A DNA stretch of 64,000 bases. Source: Deltaproteobacteria bacterium (GTDB lineage: Bacteria > Desulfobacterota > Desulfobacteria > Desulfobacterales > C00003060). Location of the stretch: contig QMMN01000007.1 in assembly GCA_003647275.1 (NCBI GenBank), positions 6,830-70,829 on the forward strand, in the 5' to 3' direction. Below the pieces are notes generated by a model that was not told the origin of the DNA, made no database searches, and saw only the letters and a program-made list of their open reading frames with translations. Below, one piece after another: positions 57,885 to 64,000 of the stretch; positions within the stretch are counted from its first letter, which is position 1, and every line of letters starts with the position of its first letter. A program made the translations under genes and the position numbers.

Positions 57885-59072
57885 ATGACCAAGACAAAAA
57901 GAGATTTAACCAGGCGGGATTTTTTGAAAAAGGCCGGTAAGGTGGCTGCCGGAACTGCACTCGTCGGACTGGCTCCAGGCATTATCACGGCGAGAAAAGT
58001 GTACGCCAAAGTACCCAATATAAATTTTGCCTACATATTATCCGACCACCACGCGCCATTAATGGTTCTGGCCAAGGAGTGGGAGCTTTTCCAGGAAAGA
58101 TACAAGATTTACATTAAACCAGTAACCGAGCACAAACTTTATGATTTCTTTTACGACGGCTCAAAGATAGCCAAGGTAAAACTAATCCCTACGAAAAAGG
58201 GACCGGACCTTGAAAAACTGGTGGCTCAGGGGAGTGTCGATATGGGGATCAGCGGCACCCAGGCTATTATCATGTCGATCGATAAGGGAGTAAAGACGAA
58301 AATCATTTCCCCACTTCAAACCGCGGGCAATGTTTTCGTACTGAAAAAAGGGCTCCCCATGAACAACTGGAACGAATTCGTCAAGGAGATAAAGGGGAGC
58401 AAGAGTCAATTCAAGATAGGAATGCCCGGTCCTCATTGTGTGGCAACCATTGTATTCAGGTCAGCCCTCGATCATGAAGGCGTTTCCTATACAGAAGATG
58501 TTACGAATCGAAAGGCCGATATCCTTTTTATTAATATGAAAGGCCACGGAAATCTTATTTCTGCATTAGCAAACAGGATAACAGAAGGCATTATCGGGGC
58601 TCAGCCATTCCCGTCGGTTACCATAAATAGGGGCCTGGGCAAGTTGATTCTTAATCTCCAGGACGTTCCTCCCAATAAAAGATGGTATGGACATGCCTGC
58701 TGCTCGGTTGAGGCAACCGAAAAGTTTATGGAAAGGGACAGAGACCTTTTGCTCAAGATGATGGAGTTGATTGTGCTCGGGGTAAATGCGGCCAATGGGA
58801 ATAAAGCGATGACTGCAAGGGCATGCTCATCCTGGCTGGGTGTTGAAGAGGCGGTTGAGAAAGTCGCAATGCCGACCCTCAATTATACGACCATCCCTTC
58901 ATCCCAGTGGACAGATAGTGTTTACACCTATGTAAAAATAATGGATGAGATGAACATGGTCACCCAAAAATTACGAGGGAAACGGGGTAAGGAGCTGGAG
59001 CCCCTTGTCTTCGATTTTCAGTATACCGAAACAGCAAAAGACAACTTGAGACTGAAAAAATTCATCGTGTAG
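57885..59072 (+). CDS. ABC substrate-binding protein, NitT/TauT (NMT1/SsuA-like) family, with a twin-arginine signal
   Basis: TRRDFLKKAGKVAAGTALVG Tat-type signal. The start is reset to ATG 57885, behind an AAGGAGG RBS. The family call rests on the partner permease/ATPase type and overall look. Confidence 0.7.
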   Translation: MTKTKRDLTRRDFLKKAGKVAAGTALVGLAPGIITARKVYAKVPNINFAYILSDHHAPLMVLAKEWELFQERYKIYIKPVTEHKLYDFFYDGSKIAKVKLIPTKKGPDLEKLVAQGSVDMGISGTQAIIMSIDKGVKTKIISPLQTAGNVFVLKKGLPMNNWNEFVKEIKGSKSQFKIGMPGPHCVATIVFRSALDHEGVSYTEDVTNRKADILFINMKGHGNLISALANRITEGIIGAQPFPSVTINRGLGKLILNLQDVPPNKRWYGHACCSVEATEKFMERDRDLLLKMMELIVLGVNAANGNKAMTARACSSWLGVEEAVEKVAMPTLNYTTIPSSQWTDSVYTYVKIMDEMNMVTQKLRGKRGKELEPLVFDFQYTETAKDNLRLKKFIV

Positions 59073-59080
59073 ATCCTCCA

Positions 59081-59917
59081 TTGGAGACAAGAAGCGTTTC
59101 AGAGAGAATATTTTTCCGCCTCTTACTCCCTGTTCTATTGGCTGTGGTCTGGCAGGTGCTGGCCATCTATTTTGATAAGCCAATGGTCCTTCCCAGGTTG
59201 GAGGCGGTGGGAAAAGTTCTGGCACATCCAAACACAAAGATTCTGATTACCGGGAGCCTTATCGAAAATATGGGCATAAGCCTCGGGAGGGTGATGTGTG
59301 GCTTTTTTCTGGCTGCTGCCATGGCCATTCCTCTGGGAATATTGATGGGCTATTATAGATTGGCCGAAAGGGTTCTTGAGTCAACAGTTGAATCCTTAAG
59401 ACCGATCCCCCCACTGGCCTGGGTCCCTCTGATTCTCTCCTGGTTCGGAATAAAAAGCCTTGCTGACTGGTTTCCGGAACTAAGTAGCAGTGTGATCTTT
59501 GGGGGCGTTCAATTTTCCATGATCATCATTATCTTGATCGGTGCCTTTTTCCCGATTTTGCTCAATACCATCCACGGGGTCAAAGGTATCCCGGTAATCT
59601 TTATTGAATCTGCCAGAACCCTCGGTTCCAGGGGCTTTTCGCTCCTTTTCAAGGTAATTGTCCCGGCCAGTCTTCCTACAATAATGACAGGTCTGCGGAT
59701 CGGGTTGGGGATAGGATGGATGTGTCTTGTAGCAGCGGAAATGATGCCGGGAAGTAATGCCGGCATGGGCTATCTTATCTGGTATGCCTATGAATTGCTT
59801 CGGACGGAGATAATCGTTGCCGGTATGATTGTCATTGGTCTTATTGGATTTGTTATGGATCGGGGTTTCAGGTATGTTGAAAAGAAACAGTTTGCCTGGG
59901 TCAGCAGAATGAAATAG
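59081..59917 (+). CDS. ABC permease, NitT/TauT (SsuC/TauC-like) family
   Basis: Six or more hydrophobic segments and the EAA-type loop ESARTLGSRGFSLLFKVIVPASLP. Apparent TTG start. Confidence 0.85.
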   Translation: METRSVSERIFFRLLLPVLLAVVWQVLAIYFDKPMVLPRLEAVGKVLAHPNTKILITGSLIENMGISLGRVMCGFFLAAAMAIPLGILMGYYRLAERVLESTVESLRPIPPLAWVPLILSWFGIKSLADWFPELSSSVIFGGVQFSMIIIILIGAFFPILLNTIHGVKGIPVIFIESARTLGSRGFSLLFKVIVPASLPTIMTGLRIGLGIGWMCLVAAEMMPGSNAGMGYLIWYAYELLRTEIIVAGMIVIGLIGFVMDRGFRYVEKKQFAWVSRMK

Positions 59918-59920
59918 GCC

Positions 59921-60682
59921 ATGTTAAAGATAATCGACGTCACGAAAACATTTAAAAAAACAGACGGCAAAAGAGTCTTAGCCATAAGCAATATGAACTT
60001 ACAGATAGAGGAAAAGGAATTTGTTTGTATTGTAGGGGCATCTGGATGCGGTAAGACCACGACCTTAAGGCTATTGTCCGGTTTAGACATCCCTACAAAA
60101 GGGAAGATTCTCGTGGATGGAAGTCCAATCAATGGCCCCAGCCCTGAACGTGGCATCGTTTTTCAGGAATATACCCTTTTCCCCTGGAGAACCGTACTGG
60201 AAAATGTGACCTTTGGCCTTGAGATGAAAAGAATCGGAAAAAAGGAGAGAAGGCGAACGGCAAGGCACTATCTCGAATTGGTAGGGCTTGAGGATTACGC
60301 TGAGGCATATCCCTATGAACTCTCCGGCGGCATGCAGCAGAGGGTGGCCATCATAAGGGCGTTGGCTGCAAATCCAAAAGTTCTGTTGATGGACGAGCCT
60401 TTTGGCGCCCTGGATGCCCGAACCAGAGATTTTTTGCAAAATGAATTGATCAGGATATGGACAAGCGAGCAAAAGACGATTTTATTTGTTACTCATAGTA
60501 TTAACGAAGCGATTTTTTTGGCTGATCGGGTAGTCGTTATGAAAAGCAGGCCTGGTAGAATTCACGACATTATTGAAATTGATCTGCCGAGACCGAGATA
60601 TAAGACAGGTGAGGTATTTAAAGATTACTACACACGAATCCATGATATGTTAGAGAACGATTTAGATAAAGAGCAGCCTTAA
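59921..60682 (+). CDS. ABC ATP-binding protein, NitT/TauT (SsuB/TauB-like) family
   Basis: Walker A GASGCGKTT, signature LSGGMQQRVAI, and Walker B VLLMDEPFGALD. Confidence 0.9.
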   Translation: MLKIIDVTKTFKKTDGKRVLAISNMNLQIEEKEFVCIVGASGCGKTTTLRLLSGLDIPTKGKILVDGSPINGPSPERGIVFQEYTLFPWRTVLENVTFGLEMKRIGKKERRRTARHYLELVGLEDYAEAYPYELSGGMQQRVAIIRALAANPKVLLMDEPFGALDARTRDFLQNELIRIWTSEQKTILFVTHSINEAIFLADRVVVMKSRPGRIHDIIEIDLPRPRYKTGEVFKDYYTRIHDMLENDLDKEQP

Positions 60683-60686
60683 TCAA

Positions 60687-62288
60687 ATGGAAATTATGCA
60701 TCATCTTGTTTTCCCCATAAATGCCCTTCCTTCTTCTCAAATGGTCGAAGAGGGGATTGATGAAATCCTCTGGAAAGCGGACGTAAAGTTCGAAGCCTTA
60801 AGGAGGTATTATGAACAGATAGAAGCCGACGTTCTGTTTTATTTCAGTGACGTTGTTATCCAGGCAGAGGCCATGGGGGCAAAGGCAAAATATTCCAGAA
60901 AAATGATGCCTGCAGTTGAGGCCACAGCCCGGGTCATGTCGCTCCCCGACCCTGCCCAGGTTCCCAGAATGGCCGTAAACGCCAACGTGTTAAGGAGGAT
61001 GGCGGGAGAGTTTCCTTATAAACTGAGAGCAGCTTTGGTCTACGGACCTTTTACTGTGGCGGGTCTGCTTGCGGGGGAGGAGGCAATATTAAGAAAACTC
61101 ATAGATGATCCCAAAGAAGTCCTGAGCCTTCTTGAAAAAACCTTTGAGTGCGCAAGAAGATACGCCCTGTATCTTGTAGAATCCGGGGCAAATTTGTTGT
61201 GGATTTCTGATCCGCTTGCCGGCCTGATTCCTCCTGATCAGTTTTGGGACTTTGCCGGTAATTTTTTGAGAAGGATTTTTGAACTGTTTGCTTCTATCCC
61301 GACCATACTTCATATTTGCGGTGATACCTATCAGATTATTCAAGCGATGGTCGGGACAGGCGTACGCGGGATCAGTTTTGATAATTGTATGGATCTCTTA
61401 GCTGTGGAGGATGAAATACCCAAAGATGTCTATATTATCGGAAATATTGATCCGGTTGAGGTCATTGAACTGGGCTCGCCGGAGGAGATTATTTCCCGGA
61501 CAACAGATCTGGTATCCATGATGGCTTTAAAGAATAATTTTGTTTTGAGCACCGGCTGTGCTGTTCCTCCCTCTGCACCCATTGAAAATGTCAGGCTCTT
61601 CCTGGAAACCGGCAGAAAATCTTTTGCTGATCTTCGACCTCATATCCCCCTGCTTTCGGAAATCAGCCGGAATGTCTATACCGGTAACGGTGAGGAAACC
61701 AAGCAGGGGGTGGCAGCGGCCCTTGAGGATGGCGTCGAGCCGCTAACCATTATTAGCAGTGGCCTGACGCGGGCCATCCGGAAGGGGAGCACTATGTATG
61801 AAGCTAAGTCGTGCTTCCTCCCAGCTATTCTTCTCATGGTCGATGCCTTTTATAAGGGATTTCAGGCTCTGGAGAACACGCTTGAACTTGGGGGGTCGAA
61901 AAAGTCATCCATCGTCCTCGGCACGGTCAAGGGCGATATCCACGAAATAGGGAAAAACCTGGTGAAAATATTTTTGGAAACTTACGGTCACAGAGTGGTT
62001 GATCTGGGAGTAGATGTGGATGAAGATGCGTTTATAAGAGCTTATCAGAAATATCACCCTACAATTATAGGCCTATCTGCCTTTACCACGGAATCCAGGA
62101 AGGAGATGGGAAAAATCATTAGTGCCTTTCATAGAGAAGGGATAAGAGAAGTGCTTTTTGTTGTTGGAGGTGCTGCCGTAAATCATGAAGTCTCTCGTTC
62201 TCTTGGTGCTGATGGATATGCCCGTGATGCGGTAAGAGCGGTGGGTATGATTGAAAAGCTGCTTCAACAATCAGAAGTCGGTGTCTAA
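60687..62288 (+). CDS. Fused URO-D-family (MtaA/CmuA-like) methyltransferase and cobalamin-binding domain protein
   Basis: The N-terminal ~340 aa look URO-D/MtaA-like. The C-terminus has a B12 cap plus the DxHxxG motif (KGDIHEIGKN), followed by GLSAFTT and VGGAAV. Confidence 0.75.
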   Translation: MEIMHHLVFPINALPSSQMVEEGIDEILWKADVKFEALRRYYEQIEADVLFYFSDVVIQAEAMGAKAKYSRKMMPAVEATARVMSLPDPAQVPRMAVNANVLRRMAGEFPYKLRAALVYGPFTVAGLLAGEEAILRKLIDDPKEVLSLLEKTFECARRYALYLVESGANLLWISDPLAGLIPPDQFWDFAGNFLRRIFELFASIPTILHICGDTYQIIQAMVGTGVRGISFDNCMDLLAVEDEIPKDVYIIGNIDPVEVIELGSPEEIISRTTDLVSMMALKNNFVLSTGCAVPPSAPIENVRLFLETGRKSFADLRPHIPLLSEISRNVYTGNGEETKQGVAAALEDGVEPLTIISSGLTRAIRKGSTMYEAKSCFLPAILLMVDAFYKGFQALENTLELGGSKKSSIVLGTVKGDIHEIGKNLVKIFLETYGHRVVDLGVDVDEDAFIRAYQKYHPTIIGLSAFTTESRKEMGKIISAFHREGIREVLFVVGGAAVNHEVSRSLGADGYARDAVRAVGMIEKLLQQSEVGV

Positions 62289-62292
62289 GCGT

Positions 62293-62871
62293 ATGACAAA
62301 AGGTGTCATTAGAGTTACTTCCAGGATGCTCAAGTACCTCAGGGTACCCCAGGACGACCAGACTATGGAGATCATATCTTCGGTACTGGAAGAAACAGTC
62401 GGTCTTATTGATATTAAAAAGTGGAGCAAGTGTGTGCTTGTTGATGATTTTTATGAGCTCTTTCACCCTTATGCCCGATCAAGCAAATCGATTTCCAAGT
62501 TGCTGGGCAGGGCAGAACACGTCTATCTGATAGTAGTAACCCTGGGTGAAGACTTAGGGAACAGAGCCAAAGAATATTTTGGAAAAAAAGAGGTCTTTAA
62601 GGGGTACATACTGGATCGATTGGGGAGCTTTTTGGTGGAAGAAGAAGTAAAAAAGATAGACCTGGAGATCACCCGACAATGCAAGGAAGATGGTCACGCC
62701 ACCACCCACCGATATAGCCCGGGGTATGGCGATTTTTCGATCAAGGCACAGCGTACATTCTTCGATTTGGCAAAGGATACTATTCCCGGATTGACAATCA
62801 GTCATGGTTGCCTTCTGTCTTCTGAGAAGACGGTGTCTGCCATAAAGGGTGTGATCAAATCAGGATATTAG
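62293..62871 (+). CDS. Stand-alone methionine-synthase-activation-domain-like protein (corrinoid reactivation?)
   Basis: About 192 aa from ATG 62293. HRYSPGYGDFSIKAQ and LLSSEKTVSAIKG resemble the Met_synt_B12-type stand-alone proteins found next to corrinoid methyltransferases. Called from memory, not verified. Confidence 0.5.
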   Translation: MTKGVIRVTSRMLKYLRVPQDDQTMEIISSVLEETVGLIDIKKWSKCVLVDDFYELFHPYARSSKSISKLLGRAEHVYLIVVTLGEDLGNRAKEYFGKKEVFKGYILDRLGSFLVEEEVKKIDLEITRQCKEDGHATTHRYSPGYGDFSIKAQRTFFDLAKDTIPGLTISHGCLLSSEKTVSAIKGVIKSGY

Positions 62872-62926
62872 AGGAAGGTGATACAAATGATCAAGACAGC
62901 CTTTGAGCATAAAGGAGAATTTTTGA

Positions 62927-63673
62927 ATGAGACTTGCCGGCATTGACATCGGTTCCCGAACAATCGAGCTGGTGGTATTGAACGAACGAGGAATAATTGA
63001 CAGCAGGCAGGTGGATTCTGGCTTTGATCCTATGGCACGCGCTAAAGCACTCCTTGAAGGGGTTGAGTATGACCGGATCATGGCCACGGGCTATGGCCGC
63101 CACCTCTTTGAGCTTTCCTTTGATGCCCCTACAGTCACGGAAATCAAGGCCTATGCGGTTGGCGCAAGGGCTTTGTTCCCTGGAGTTCGTACAATCCTTG
63201 ATATCGGAGGGCAGGACTCCAAGGCCATTGCAGTTAATGAGGCAGGCAAAGTGACCAAGTTCGAGATGAATGACCTCTGTGCCGCAGGGACGGGAAAATT
63301 TCTCGAAATCATGGCGCATGCTTTAGGCTATGATCTGGACGAGTTTGGCCTTGAGGCCCTCAAGGCCAAAAAGGATATCCAGATAAGCAACATGTGCACC
63401 GTTTTTGCGGAATCAGAGGTGACTTCTCTTCTTGCCAAAGGGGAAGACCGTCAAGACATTGCTTTGGGTTTGCACTGGTCTGTTGCGCGCCGATCGGCCA
63501 GCATGCTGAAAAGGGTCTCAGTGGAAGGCCCGATTGTATTTGCCGGAGGTGTTGCGCGCAATGTGTGCATGCAGCGGTTGTTGGAGGAAGCACTCGAAAA
63601 AGAGATTATGGTCCCAGAAGATCCCCAAATGGTGGGAGCCTATGGGGCGGCGCTCTTGGCAGGAAACACTTAA
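62927..63673 (+). CDS. HgdC/BcrAD-BadFG-family ATPase (activase of 2-hydroxyacyl-CoA-dehydratase-type enzymes)
   Basis: MRLAGIDIGSRTIELV, ATGYGR, DIGGQDSKAI, the cluster-ligand contexts NDLCAAGTGKFLE and NMCTVFAESEV, and FAGGVARN. Confidence 0.85.
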   Translation: MRLAGIDIGSRTIELVVLNERGIIDSRQVDSGFDPMARAKALLEGVEYDRIMATGYGRHLFELSFDAPTVTEIKAYAVGARALFPGVRTILDIGGQDSKAIAVNEAGKVTKFEMNDLCAAGTGKFLEIMAHALGYDLDEFGLEALKAKKDIQISNMCTVFAESEVTSLLAKGEDRQDIALGLHWSVARRSASMLKRVSVEGPIVFAGGVARNVCMQRLLEEALEKEIMVPEDPQMVGAYGAALLAGNT

Positions 63674-63874
63674 ATGAAGCTTGTTTTTGTTTGTCCTGAG
63701 AAGCATCAGGCATTTGAAACTGATGCTTATCAGATCATTGAAGACAAGGGGATCAAGATTGGCAAAACCGGAAATAAGGTCTGGGATGCAAAGGTTGAGC
63801 TCACCTTAGCCTGCCCTTTTTGTGGCAAAAGACACATTTTTCGTGCCAGTGAACTGCCGTGCCCTTTTTCTTGA
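63674..63874 (+). CDS. Small zinc-ribbon-like protein
   Basis: 66 aa with CPEKH...CPFCGKRH...CP. Its ATG directly abuts the activase stop (TAAATG). Confidence 0.4.
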   Translation: MKLVFVCPEKHQAFETDAYQIIEDKGIKIGKTGNKVWDAKVELTLACPFCGKRHIFRASELPCPFS

Positions 63875-64000
63875 TTGATGGCGTGATCTCAAATATAGAA
63901 AAAGCCATCCTGGCAAAACTATATTCTCTTTTGAGAAAGACAAGGGGTTTTGGGCCGGTAGGATTTAATCCGTAATACCTTTATTAAGGCTAAAGACTGT

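Overview
This is a 64-kb bacterial chromosomal window of roughly 50% GC by eye. The host may be an anaerobic Desulfobacterota (deltaproteobacterium-like) organism. That guess is inference only, based on heavy sigma-54 regulation, HgdC-type radical enzymes, a split archaeal-type glutamate synthase and GC-rich interspersed hairpin repeats. The window falls into four blocks. (1) 1-3.8 kb is the AT-richer right end of an integrative or prophage-like element (excisionase, helicase/primase-finger replication genes, XRE). (2) 3.9-42.5 kb is core metabolism. It co-localises many glutamine-amide-using enzymes on the minus strand: asnB, pyrG, a 1245-aa GlmS-like protein, purF, carB, guaA, carA, hisF/hisH, a three-gene glutamate synthase and nadE. 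These sit next to glnA and a glnE with an ACT-ACT extension. The block also holds a GAF/sigma-54 NifA-like activator and a kdsB/aminotransferase/Fe-ADH sugar module. (3) 42.5-54.3 kb is an accessory block bracketed by the glnE 3' end and a decayed second copy of that 3' end. It holds an unannotated 29-codon Cys-Cys peptide gene, a radical SAM/SPASM gene (frameshifted in a homopolymer) and an MFS transporter. Around these are a TonB-dependent receptor, an orphan family-5 binding protein, two sigma-54 activators, a histidine kinase and a receiver. I rate this the best candidate for an undescribed system: a secreted and re-imported modified peptide. (4) 54.8-63.9 kb is a plus-strand cluster of YedF, two 2-hydroxyacyl-CoA-dehydratase-family subunits, a NitT/TauT-type ABC importer, a CmuA-like methyltransferase/corrinoid fusion, a MetH-activation-domain-like protein, an HgdC-like activase and a zinc-ribbon protein. 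Four matches to TGGCAT-N5-TTGC (sigma-54 promoters) and three interspersed repeat families were found by eye. No rRNA, tRNA or CRISPR array was recognised. All calls rest on motif-level reading of the supplied translations and manual inspection of intergenic DNA. No database search, alignment statistics or RNA folding could be run.
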